Shown: positions 10,377 to 21,986 of the stretch, one piece after another
How positions within the stretch are numbered: position 1 is the stretch's first letter
Layout of the letters: every line of letters starts with the position of its first letter
Assembly: GCA_001773725.1 (NCBI GenBank)
Contig: MEXP01000009.1
Location: 5,073 to 69,072, forward strand
Length of the DNA stretch: 64,000 nucleotides
Reading direction: 5' to 3'
Origin: Candidatus Amesbacteria bacterium RIFCSPLOWO2_01_FULL_49_25
GTDB lineage: Bacteria; Patescibacteriota; Microgenomatia; CAZETR01; Amesbacteraceae
Made by a program: the position numbers and the translations under genes
The notes under the pieces: generated by a model
Database searches by the model: none
What the model was told of the DNA's origin: nothing
The model's input: the letters and a program-made list of their open reading frames with translations, nothing else

Positions 10377-11127
10377 AAATTATTCCAATATCCGTTTCCA
10401 ACGGGTGGGGTTTAATTTTGACAGTGAAGCCCGATGAGCGCAAAAAGTCAACCAATTCGGGGTGGCGATGAGAGCTTAAGCTGTCGTGATATTCGATGAT
10501 AGCATGTCGAATACGAGAGAGTAACCTTTGAGGAAGGGACATGAGGATGTCATATTCTGAGCCTTCACAATCTAACTTTAGAATATCGCAAACGGTGATG
10601 TCGTACTGCTTAAATATTGAAGCGAGGGTGGTTGTACGAACTTTCTCTATCGATGAACCCGGCCTGGCTGGAAAAAGACTGGATAAACCACTGGCGGGCT
10701 GACTATAAAACTGCCGTTCACCATTGTGGTTTGATACCGCTTGCTGAATGGTGAGAACATGGCCTAGTCCATTGAGCTGCACGTTCTTTTGGAGCAGGGA
10801 GTAAGTTTTTCTAGCCGGCTCGAAGGCTAAGACTTTGGACTGGGGATAGGCTTTAGAGGCGACGAAGGAAAAAGTGCCGATGTTGGCACCGACGTCTATA
10901 ATCCAATGTGGACGGGGAATTCGGGGAAGAGGGTAGTGGCCGTCAATGATTATTTCTTTGATAGTGAGAGCGTCCAGAAAGTGGGTTATTTTGAATTGGG
11001 CACCTGAACGAAGTCGAAGCAAAGATTCCGAAATTAAGCCCAAATACAAGAGAACAATTTCATGCCAGTTTGTGATTTCTCTGGCAATGGGAAATATCTG
11101 GAGATAATAGCGGATTTTTTTAAACAT
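10321..11127 (-). CDS. FkbM-family methyltransferase
   Basis: IDVGANIG, AFEP and LKLDCEGSE motifs. Confidence 0.9.
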   Translation of the reverse strand: MFKKIRYYLQIFPIAREITNWHEIVLLYLGLISESLLRLRSGAQFKITHFLDALTIKEIIIDGHYPLPRIPRPHWIIDVGANIGTFSFVASKAYPQSKVLAFEPARKTYSLLQKNVQLNGLGHVLTIQQAVSNHNGERQFYSQPASGLSSLFPARPGSSIEKVRTTTLASIFKQYDITVCDILKLDCEGSEYDILMSLPQRLLSRIRHAIIEYHDSLSSHRHPELVDFLRSSGFTVKIKPHPLETDIGIIYAKYTSRGTSHRHNSGQK

Positions 11128-12178
11128 CTGGCAGTCTATTAACTAAATGGGTCTTGACCGTCTCTACGAAAAAGACCCAGAGGAAGAGGGTGTTGGTTAG
11201 GCTGGCCAGAAAGAGTTTAGTTCCCATGCGGCTGTCCGGCAGCCAAAAGATCAAAAAGGCGAGAGCCGCGGCAAAGATAAGAAAAAAGGGAACTATGATG
11301 AACTTGCTCAGGAAAATTGAAACTCGCGAAGTCTTCTTTTCAATTGCCGATTTCAACAGTTCTAATAGAAGAAGACAGAGTCCAAGGGTAAAGACCAAGT
11401 ACACAAGAAAGAAGAAAACAGCAAAGTTTGACGGGTATATGTAGATAGCAATCAACGGCAAGAGAGCAATAAGGGGGTAAAGAATTTGTGGCTTGAGTAA
11501 AACTATGGCTTTGAGATGCCGCCAGCCGTCGGACCAAGTGGAAAGGTGCGGAGGTTTGTCACGTTGATCTTTTTTAAACGTTATCGGTACTTCCATGTAA
11601 CTCCCATTTTTGAGAGCGGTTTTCAAAAGCAGTTCGCTCGCCCACTCCATGCCGGAATTTCTCATATTTAACGATTTGTAGAAAGACTTCTTTACCAAGC
11701 GCATGCCCGAGTTGCAGTCCGAAGTATGAATTGAATAAATAATTCTAATTAGAGAGGACAGAATGGGTGTTCCCAGATAGCGATGGAGGACGGGCATGGC
11801 TCCGGGTTCGATGTTGCCGGTTAAGCGAGAGCCGAGGACCAAATCTGGGTGTAAGTTGAGAGTTTCTTTAAATTTTTCCAGATTTGAAAAGGGATAGCTA
11901 AGGTCGGCATCTGCATAAAGAACATACTGACCCCTGCTTCTGAGAATCCCTCCGTGCAAGGCTGCGCCATAACCGCGAATTGGTATGTGGACCACGTTTT
12001 CAAATTTGGCTTTATTGAGGGATTCTAGTGTCCCATCCGTGCTACCGTTGTCGGCGACTATTATTTCGAAATCGGAAGGAAAGAATTTCCGACAGTTTTT
12101 TTTGGCATCTGATATTACTTGCAATATTGTGGACGCCTCATTGAGGCAAGGAATAACTATGCTAATGAATGGTCCCAT
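11120..12178 (-). CDS. GT2, polyprenyl-phosphate sugar synthase (DPM1-like) with C-terminal TM helices
   Basis: IPCLNE, DNGSTD, GYG, DADLSY, GSR, SDCNSGMR and DGWRHL motifs; hydrophobic C-terminus. Confidence 0.85.
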   Translation of the reverse strand: MGPFISIVIPCLNEASTILQVISDAKKNCRKFFPSDFEIIVADNGSTDGTLESLNKAKFENVVHIPIRGYGAALHGGILRSRGQYVLYADADLSYPFSNLEKFKETLNLHPDLVLGSRLTGNIEPGAMPVLHRYLGTPILSSLIRIIYSIHTSDCNSGMRLVKKSFYKSLNMRNSGMEWASELLLKTALKNGSYMEVPITFKKDQRDKPPHLSTWSDGWRHLKAIVLLKPQILYPLIALLPLIAIYIYPSNFAVFFFLVYLVFTLGLCLLLLELLKSAIEKKTSRVSIFLSKFIIVPFFLIFAAALAFLIFWLPDSRMGTKLFLASLTNTLFLWVFFVETVKTHLVNRLPDV

Positions 12179-12218
12179 TCTAGTTGTAAATTTTATGTTT
12201 GATCATATAATTTGTCCA
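12179..12218. promoter_or_regulatory. Bidirectional promoter: TATAAT (+, 12206-12211) 7 nt before ATG 12219; TAAAAT (-, 12195-12190) 11 nt before ATG 12178
   Basis: Sigma70 -10 hexamers in a 40-bp divergent gap with no Shine-Dalgarno. Confidence 0.55.
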
Positions 12219-13373
12219 ATGAAAAGGTATTATTACCGCGATCTGGAAAAATTGATCCAATTTGTCAGGCCGACGACAGTTTGGCAGAACTTGGTGGGAG
12301 AGATGGAAGATATTCAAACCGAATTAGTGAAACTATTAAAAAAGAGTAAGCCAGAGGACAGGTTGTTGATCGTTTATTATAACCATTTATGGGAACCTGT
12401 GCTGAAGTTGGCATCGATATTGGGATGGAGAAAGAAATTGCCGGAGCAGAATTGGCTGGACGATAAAGATTTGGGAAATATTTGTAATCTGGCAGGTTGG
12501 GAGGTAGTTACCAGTCAGAAAAGAATGCTGCTGCCGGTGGAAATTCCTTTGTTATCAGACTTTACTAATAAATGGCTGGCGCACTTGCCGATGTTTAATT
12601 GGCTATGTCTGACGACGTGGCTGGTGGCCCGGCCAAAGCCAACGAATAGAAGAGATTACTCTGTTTCGATTATCGTTCCAGCAAGAAACGAGGAAGGTAA
12701 TATCCCCGGGATACCGAAAAGCATTCCAAAGTTTGGAAAATGGCAGGAAATAATTTTCGTGGAAGGAGGCTCCAAGGATGACACCTGGGGAGCTATTACA
12801 AAGCTCAAGAAGCAAAGTACAAGGTTTAGGATAAAGGCTTATAAGCAAAAAGGCACTGGGAAGGCGGATGCCATGCGTCTGGGTTTAAAAAGAGCTACTG
12901 GGGAAATATTGATGATATTGGATGGGGATGTGACAGTGAATCCTAAAGATCTGCCAAAGTTTTATGAAGTGCTGGCATCTGGATTGGGAGAGTTTGCTAA
13001 CGGAAACCGAATGATGTATCCCCAGGAACGGGAAGCGATGAGAATGTTGAATAAGGTCGGAAATAAGGTATTCGGGTGGCTTTTAACATTAATACTCGGA
13101 CAGACATTCAGAGACACATTATGCGGGACCAAAGCCGTATTCAAACGAGATTATTTGCGGATCGTTAAAAACAGAAAAATGTTTGGTAATTTTGATCCTT
13201 ATGGTGATTTTGACTTGATATTTGGAGCTGTGAAATTGGGTCTGAAATCAGTAGATGTGCCGGTAAAATATAGAGAAAGAACATATGGGTCGACAAATAT
13301 CAGCAGGTTTATGCACGGTTGGTTGTTAGCCAAAATGTCTTGGTTTGGTTTTTTAAAGTTTAAGGCTTGGTAA
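12219..13373 (+). CDS. GT2 with a degenerate N-terminal methyltransferase-like domain
   Basis: VPARNEEGN, VEGGSKD, LDGD and DTLCGTK motifs. Start re-called at MKRYYY (12219) to avoid overlapping the divergent gene. Confidence 0.85.
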   Translation: MKRYYYRDLEKLIQFVRPTTVWQNLVGEMEDIQTELVKLLKKSKPEDRLLIVYYNHLWEPVLKLASILGWRKKLPEQNWLDDKDLGNICNLAGWEVVTSQKRMLLPVEIPLLSDFTNKWLAHLPMFNWLCLTTWLVARPKPTNRRDYSVSIIVPARNEEGNIPGIPKSIPKFGKWQEIIFVEGGSKDDTWGAITKLKKQSTRFRIKAYKQKGTGKADAMRLGLKRATGEILMILDGDVTVNPKDLPKFYEVLASGLGEFANGNRMMYPQEREAMRMLNKVGNKVFGWLLTLILGQTFRDTLCGTKAVFKRDYLRIVKNRKMFGNFDPYGDFDLIFGAVKLGLKSVDVPVKYRERTYGSTNISRFMHGWLLAKMSWFGFLKFKAW

Positions 13374-14848
13374 GACAGTGGTCGGATTCTATTGAGGCGG
13401 ATCCGTTGGTGTTGGGTATGGGAATGTATTTAAACTGACGATCGGGAAAACGGGCAATGAATTGCTGGGCAAGTGTGGTTCGAGTATAAAATCTATCCCA
13501 ACATTCTTTAAATAGATTCTGCTCTTCTATAAGACTGTAATCAATGAGGTCAGGCCGCTTGGCTAATTCATTGGTAAATAATCCCCCTGCCCAGACCCGA
13601 CTCCAGAGGCGGGCGAAATCAACAGCTTCTCCAATTTGCCACATATCGGCTTTTTGAGGAGGGTTTTGCATTACGTAACTACTAAGATTTTTCGCCCATG
13701 AAAGAGTACGATTAAGTGAGGAACCGTACTGAATAAAACTGGTTACAGCCAATGCCAAAAGGAGAGAAACCGGTAATACTTTGACAATTCGAGGTAAATA
13801 CGAAAAATAATAAGAGATTGAAAATATGATCATGAGATAGTTTGCCAGTTGGTAATGGCTGAGCGGATATTTAGAGAATAGTAGAGTACCCGCAATGCCT
13901 GAGAATAATAGTGAAACAAATTCGGGAACAAGTTTACGTTTAAGTGCGGAAACAAAAATAGCGGAAATTACTCCGAAAGTGATAATGTACCCAGCTGCAA
14001 ATTCCCTGTTTATTAAGGTTTTGATTGAATCAAGGTATAGGGGCATATCAAAAAAGGTGTTTTTTCCTCCTCCATGAATTTCGGAGAAAGAAGCTAGTCT
14101 TAACGACCAACTGAATAACGCAAAATACTGGTTATGAATCGGCCAGGTTGCAATGAGGAAGCCGCACAGCGCCAAAAATGATGATATAAGCGTAAGAAAC
14201 GCTCGTTTGGGAAATGAGTACTTGACGTTTAACAATGGCAAGCTGCACGAGAAAGCGACGAGAAACAAGTTGGTAAACTTATTGCCGATAAGAATTCCAG
14301 ATATGAGGGGAAGTAATAACATTAAAAACAGGGGCTTGTTTTGCCGATAGTAAGCAAAAAGAAAGAAAAATGCAGAGATGATAAAGAAGGAAGTTGTTTC
14401 CGGAACGATAGCTGATCCGAAATAAAGAACTGGACTGTAGACGATGATGGCCAGCCATGTAAAAATTGCGCTAATTAATGACTTGGTTATTTTTAAAACC
14501 GAATAAACATAAATAAAGACAGCAGTTGATAGCAATACGCTTTGAAAAAGCCTAAGGTAGACCAGGACAAAACTGTAGTGAATGAATGACCAAGTGACGA
14601 AGGTTGTTTGAGCGAATAATTTAAGGTAAATCCGTAAAGGCCAGAGGAAAAAAGCAAGGAGGCGGATAGTCGGTGTACCGGGATGATCTACGTAATGAAT
14701 TAGGCCAGAGGAAATGTACGAAATTGCGTTCGCAGTATAAACTACATCCGGGTCGAGTAAAAAAACTGCCGATTCACTACCGGCGCGTGTAAGATAGTAT
14801 GTAGAAAAGGCTCCGGTAATGGCGGAAATTACGATAACGACAAAGAGT

Positions 14849-14871
<23 letters not shown>
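13360..14871 (-). CDS. Polytopic membrane protein, GT-C (ArnT-like) glycosyltransferase
   Basis: N-terminal TM then a DPD...DHPGTP loop, ~11 hydrophobic segments, GNKF motif and a soluble C-tail. Confidence 0.6.
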
Positions 14872-17158
<2,287 letters not shown>

Positions 17159-17160
17159 GG

Positions 17161-18138
17161 TCAGACTCGGGCGCGCCAGTAGTTGAGAGTGTCCAGAAGA
17201 GTTTGCTCGAATTTAATCCGAGGTTTCCAGCCTGTCTTGGACCGAAATTTGGAGCTGTCCCCGACCAACAAAGGAACGTCGGATGGGCGGATCCGGCTTT
17301 GATCTGCCACGATTTTTATTTTTTGGACACGACTATACTCCAGTAATTTGTCCAGCACGTTTTTTATCACCCAGGCTTTGTCTGAGCTGATGTTGTAAAC
17401 GTCCCCCGGGGTACATTTCAGGACTGATAGATAATATCCTCTCACCATGTCTCTGACGTCAGTAAAATCCCTTTGGGCATTTAAGTTTCCCACCATAATT
17501 CGGGAAGACTGGAGTTTTTTCTCTATTAAGGCGATTTGTTTGGCAAAGTTTGATGCGACAAAGACGTCTCCGCGTCGGGGACCTTCGTGATTAAAACCAC
17601 GAGTGCGAACAATTTTTAATCCATAACTTTTAAAGTACTGGTATCCCATAAAGTCCATGGCGGCTTTAGAAACGGCATAGGGAGAGAGGGGCCGCAGGGG
17701 ATTTGTTTCCTTGATGGGTGTCTCATGAGGCAAAACCAGTCCGTATTCTTCACTGGAGCAAGCTATTTGAATGACAGGGTCAATTTGGGCTGTTCTAACA
17801 GCCTCGAATAAATTGCATGAACCTATCACATTAGTTTCCAGTGTGGCTGACGGTGATGTCCAAGACGCTGGAACGTAACTTTGGCCGGCCAAGTGAAAAA
17901 TATAAGTTGGACGAATAAACATCATCACGTCCTGAATAGACCTGAGGTCCAACAAGTCTGCTTCAACCAGATGGATTCGCCCATTTAAGTGTTCTATGTG
18001 TTCTGAGCGGGACCGCCACCTGACGATGCCGTAGACTTCATATCCTTCTTTGAGAAGCAATTCAGCAAGGTGTGATCCGGCGAAGCCTGTTATTCCGGTA
18101 ATCAGGGTTTTCTTATGGTCTTTTTTTTGTTTTGGCAT
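17161..18138 (-). CDS. GDP-mannose 4,6-dehydratase / GDP-6-deoxy-4-hexulose reductase (Gmd/Rmd-like extended SDR)
   Basis: GITGFAG, HLAGQSYV, SSEEYG, YAVSK, FNHEGPRRG and GNLNAQRDF motifs. Confidence 0.8.
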   Translation of the reverse strand: MPKQKKDHKKTLITGITGFAGSHLAELLLKEGYEVYGIVRWRSRSEHIEHLNGRIHLVEADLLDLRSIQDVMMFIRPTYIFHLAGQSYVPASWTSPSATLETNVIGSCNLFEAVRTAQIDPVIQIACSSEEYGLVLPHETPIKETNPLRPLSPYAVSKAAMDFMGYQYFKSYGLKIVRTRGFNHEGPRRGDVFVASNFAKQIALIEKKLQSSRIMVGNLNAQRDFTDVRDMVRGYYLSVLKCTPGDVYNISSDKAWVIKNVLDKLLEYSRVQKIKIVADQSRIRPSDVPLLVGDSSKFRSKTGWKPRIKFEQTLLDTLNYWRARV

Positions 18139-18466
18139 TTTTATAAGCGATATTTCTGGAAATTTCCTCTATTTGCCGTTGGAGAGATTTTATACCAACA
18201 TGATTCTGAAAACCCAGATATGCCAATATCATGAAGGCTACTATCGATAAAAGATCCATGGCTCGAGTGACAAACAGCCTGGCTAATATGGGATCTAGTA
18301 TCCGGGGGTTAAGAGCAAAATAGGTGAACGACACCCAAACCAATAACCAGTACACAAACTCTCGGCGAGTAATGTTCCCCTGTTTGCGATGGACGAACGC
18401 CACATATAGCATAAATGCGGCAAACATGACGGCAATGATTTGTATTCCTAGGAGAGCCTCCACCAT
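18113..18466 (-). CDS. DUF2304-family small membrane protein
   Basis: 3 TMs followed by a coiled tail (LQRQIEEISRNIA). Lies directly downstream of a GT2. Confidence 0.75.
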   Translation of the reverse strand: MVEALLGIQIIAVMFAAFMLYVAFVHRKQGNITRREFVYWLLVWVSFTYFALNPRILDPILARLFVTRAMDLLSIVAFMILAYLGFQNHVGIKSLQRQIEEISRNIAYKNAKTKKRP

Positions 18467-19113
18467 ATAGTATTTGCAAGAATTTTTAGTGCGTCTATTA
18501 TGGACGTGCCTTTGTATTTGTCAATGTAGATGGGTTCGATGGGAAATTCAGTATATTTTAATAGGTGTTTATTTTTTCCCAGCTTGGCAATCATTTCCGT
18601 TTCAACACCATACCGAGGTGATGTCCATTTTAAAAGTTGATATGCCCTGAATGAAAGAGCCCTAAATCCGGATATCAAATCTGAAACGTATACGCCAAAG
18701 AGGACATTGATATAAATTGAGGCTAATTTATTGCCGAAGAGCCTGACGAATGGGGTGTGTAAAGACGGACGGCGCGAACCGATGACCACGTCAAACTTTT
18801 GATTGAGCAGATGGATAAACATGCTTATGTCTTGGGGTAAATGTTGGCCGTCTGTATCCATGAAGATTATAGCCTCGGCTTTGTGAGAGAAAGCGTATTC
18901 AGCGCCGGTTTTTAAGGCAGATCCTTTTCCCAGGTTGACAGGGTGACGAAGCAGAGTGACCGTTTTTGACTGGGTAGGGATTTGGACCGGTTGAACCGAA
19001 CCGTCATCGATAACCACAATATTTAAGTGGGGATGGAGTGAGAGGATAGCCGTTAAGACATCTACAAATCTAGCCCCCTCGTTGTAAACCGGCAATATTA
19101 ACCAAATGTTCAT
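18448..19113 (-). CDS. GT2, polyprenyl-phosphate sugar synthase
   Basis: LPVYNE, DDGS, NLGKG, DTDGQH, GSR and SDLISGFR motifs. Confidence 0.88.
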   Translation of the reverse strand: MNIWLILPVYNEGARFVDVLTAILSLHPHLNIVVIDDGSVQPVQIPTQSKTVTLLRHPVNLGKGSALKTGAEYAFSHKAEAIIFMDTDGQHLPQDISMFIHLLNQKFDVVIGSRRPSLHTPFVRLFGNKLASIYINVLFGVYVSDLISGFRALSFRAYQLLKWTSPRYGVETEMIAKLGKNKHLLKYTEFPIEPIYIDKYKGTSIIDALKILANTIWWRLS

Positions 19114-19117
19114 ATTC

Positions 19118-20224
19118 TCATCCAACCCAATAGCCCCGAACAAACAGTGCTACCACCTCAAAAAAGAATAAAGCCAGGATCGCAAAAAAGAAGAGACGGA
19201 AGCGTGGTTTGGCGCTAGCTATCTGACCCAAGATAATAAAAGACGGAAAGCAGGCAAGTACATATCTTGGGAGAGAGACGAAACTGCCGGTAAAAGTGGG
19301 TACTAAGTAAGCTGCCAAATTAAAAATTATGTAAGAAGGGCGAATTTTTTTGAATGCAGATAAAATTGTTGTGAATAAAAACATTAAAGCGGTAACCAAT
19401 TCCAGCCAGAGGGTGTAATAAATAGGGTCGGTTTTGGTTACGGTAACCACCATTCTGGTGTACCGGTAAAAAACCTGAGGAAGAAGGATAATTCGCTCAC
19501 TTCTAAACTGCCCGTAGAGTTTTTGGACGTGAATGAAAGCCAGGGAATCACCGACAGTATTTTGCAAAAAAAGCATATATGAAATCAATCCTAAAGGAAC
19601 TAAAAAAGCTGGTAATAGGCCAATCAGGCTGCGCCTTTGCTGCCAAAACTCTAATAGAAGAGCGGGAAACATAAAAATACCCACGAAGCGAGTGTTGGCC
19701 GCTAAGGCGCCCAGGACGGCCGCAATCCACCAGCGGCGGGCACGAGCATAGTAAAAGGAGGACAATACTAAAAGTATAAATAAACTTTCGGTATATACAG
19801 CGCCAAAATAAAAACTGGTGGGAAATGCGAGCAGGGCTAAAAGCGAATACCTGGCCGCTGCTGAAGAATAATCTAACTCAATCAGACGAACAAAAAAAAT
19901 GCATGCAAATAGAAACGCAACGGAAGAAATTATTACCCCAGTTAGAGTGTCGTTTTTAATCTGGGGAATCAAGAGTTTCATAATATTCGGGTAAAGCGGG
20001 AAGAAGGCCTCTTCGGCATAGCCGTACCCGTTTTTGGCAATCCTGATGTAATGGTTGCCGTCGAAATTGGCCCGGGAGTATAAAAGTGGATTCTGCAAAA
20101 ATGTCTTTGTACCAATGCCCAAATAAGTTTCTCTCAGGGGCAATAGTTTGGGGGCCAATATGGCAATGACTATGATCGCTAGTTGCCAAATCGAGTAGTA
20201 TTTAATTATTGTCTTTGTCTTCAT
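19118..20224 (-). CDS. PIG-V-like (GT76) GT-C mannosyltransferase
   Basis: NFDGNHYIRIAKNGY, AFFPLYP, YTESLF and RY motifs. Confidence 0.75.
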   Translation of the reverse strand: MKTKTIIKYYSIWQLAIIVIAILAPKLLPLRETYLGIGTKTFLQNPLLYSRANFDGNHYIRIAKNGYGYAEEAFFPLYPNIMKLLIPQIKNDTLTGVIISSVAFLFACIFFVRLIELDYSSAAARYSLLALLAFPTSFYFGAVYTESLFILLVLSSFYYARARRWWIAAVLGALAANTRFVGIFMFPALLLEFWQQRRSLIGLLPAFLVPLGLISYMLFLQNTVGDSLAFIHVQKLYGQFRSERIILLPQVFYRYTRMVVTVTKTDPIYYTLWLELVTALMFLFTTILSAFKKIRPSYIIFNLAAYLVPTFTGSFVSLPRYVLACFPSFIILGQIASAKPRFRLFFFAILALFFFEVVALFVRGYWVG

Positions 20225-21210
20225 AGTAATTCCTCATAAACCATTAAAGTTTGGCTGGCGGTTTTTTCCCAGGAAAAGGTGTTGACGACGACTCTTTTTT
20301 GCTTAATGGCCGCAGATAGGCTTGAGACGATGTTATCTACGCTGTAAGGGTCGAAGTAAACTACTGTGTCGCCGGCGACTTCTGGTAGAGATCCGGACCG
20401 ACTGCAGGCAACGGGCGTGCCACAGGCTTGCGCTTCCAAAACCGGCAAGCCGAAACCTTCGGATAACGACGGCTGGCAGTAAACAGAGGCAAGGTTATAT
20501 ATATCAACCAAGTCGTCAACAAATCCCAGGCGGGTAACTCCGGACCAATTAATATCCCGTAAATGCCGGAGTTCGGGATGGGATAAATTTAATTTCTCCA
20601 TTTCCAAGGCTTGTTTTCCGACTATCACGAGGGGAAGACTTAATTTTTTACATGCCTGAACCAGTAAGGGAATGTTCTTGTTGTAGTTGATGTCGCCGAC
20701 GTAGAGAACAAATTTGGAAGGTAAATTATATTTGTTTGCCGGGTGAGGAATTTTTTTAAACACGGGGTCGGCGGCTAGATGAACAAGGCGGAGCTTGTGC
20801 GGAGGGACACCCAAAAACTTGTTTATATTGGTTAGGGAGTAAAAAGAGTCGGTAATGACCCGGTCGACGTTGGATAAAGATAGTTTCTGAAACTGTAAAT
20901 TTATCCATCCGCGAACGCCCGGAGGGTAATGGTCGGGGAACACCAGGGGTATGACGTCATGGATAGTGACCACTGTTTTAGTACTTTTTATTATGGGTAA
21001 AGAGGCTGTAAACAGATCAAAAAACGGGTAGTGCACAATATCTAAATTTGAATTTCTAAATTCTAAATAACTTCCGATTTCTAATATTTCAAATCCTAAA
21101 TCAGAAGCCATTGGTTTCATGTGATTCAAGAGTCTTTTGGTATAGAAACCGACGCCGCGGACGGCGTGACCTGAAGAAAGTGGGGTAATGACGAAACCAA
21201 CTCGGGTCAT
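20221..21210 (-). CDS. Glycosyltransferase family 4
   Basis: TIHD, KN and PSLSEGFGLPVLEA motifs. Confidence 0.92.
   Translation of the reverse strand: MTRVGFVITPLSSGHAVRGVGFYTKRLLNHMKPMASDLGFEILEIGSYLEFRNSNLDIVHYPFFDLFTASLPIIKSTKTVVTIHDVIPLVFPDHYPPGVRGWINLQFQKLSLSNVDRVITDSFYSLTNINKFLGVPPHKLRLVHLAADPVFKKIPHPANKYNLPSKFVLYVGDINYNKNIPLLVQACKKLSLPLVIVGKQALEMEKLNLSHPELRHLRDINWSGVTRLGFVDDLVDIYNLASVYCQPSLSEGFGLPVLEAQACGTPVACSRSGSLPEVAGDTVVYFDPYSVDNIVSSLSAAIKQKRVVVNTFSWEKTASQTLMVYEELL
21041..21101. repeat. Degenerate 7-bp periodic tract (TCTAAAT-like units) inside the GT4 CDS
   Basis: tctaaat ttgaatt tctaaat tctaaat aact tccgatt tctaata t ttcaaat cctaaat. Confidence 0.7.
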
Positions 21211-21986
21211 GATGGATACTTGGTATGCTGCCAATACTTGATATAGGACACGGGGTGGATGAGCCCTGAGAAAACAGCGAAAATAAATCCGGGCGTGCCA
21301 TCGACATAGCCGCGGTGACGAATGTAAATGCCCAGGAAAGTTGATAGGGGTTTGAGAAAGAGATACAGAAAAGTATTTGTTAACCCAAAATTAACTTTTT
21401 TGTTTTCAAGTTGTGAAGAAATGAACGAGCTGTAGCGATTGAAGCCTTCCATATATTTTTCGAAACTGGTATCCCGGTAGTGGAGAAGATCATGCTTGAG
21501 ATGACCGATTGGTGGTTCAACGGTGGCTTGTTCGTGTACATCCTTGGCGGGGAGCCGACCGAGGCCGCGGCGATAAAGACGAAGAGTAGGATCGGGATAC
21601 TGACCTCCCTTGGATAAAAAGCGAGTAAGAAACCAATTACGACGATTGATCCAGTACCCATTGATTGGTGATTGTCCATCTTTGATTGCTATGGTGATTT
21701 CTTGTGCCAACTCCGGGGAAACGACCTCGTCTGCGTCCAACTGCAATATCCATTCACCTTTCGCATTATCGATGGAGACGTTCTTGGTGATATGGAAGTT
21801 GTCCTGATGAGAAACTGGTATCACTCTGGTGCCAAATTTTTTGGCAATTTCTACTGTTTTGTCAGTTGATTTTTCATCGGCTATGACTATCTCATCAGCG
21901 ATTGTTTTGACAGACTCTAAACAGCGGCCAAGTTTTTCTTGTTCGTTACGCGCGGCCAAAACAACTGATAATTTGAGAGTTTTCAT
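21207..21986 (-). CDS. GT2, KdtX/WaaE-like beta-glycosyltransferase
   Basis: ARNE, LDADE, YPD..RL, VHE and YIRHRGYVDG motifs. Confidence 0.88.
   Translation of the reverse strand: MKTLKLSVVLAARNEQEKLGRCLESVKTIADEIVIADEKSTDKTVEIAKKFGTRVIPVSHQDNFHITKNVSIDNAKGEWILQLDADEVVSPELAQEITIAIKDGQSPINGYWINRRNWFLTRFLSKGGQYPDPTLRLYRRGLGRLPAKDVHEQATVEPPIGHLKHDLLHYRDTSFEKYMEGFNRYSSFISSQLENKKVNFGLTNTFLYLFLKPLSTFLGIYIRHRGYVDGTPGFIFAVFSGLIHPVSYIKYWQHTKYPS

Noticed and set aside
11985-12218. N-terminal extension of the + strand GT2
   Set aside because: It is antisense to the 11120-12178 GT2. The better start is 12219, just after TATAAT.
21661-21681. Possible 7-bp tract ttgattg gtgattg (QSPIN)
   Set aside because: Only two convincing units, so it could be chance.
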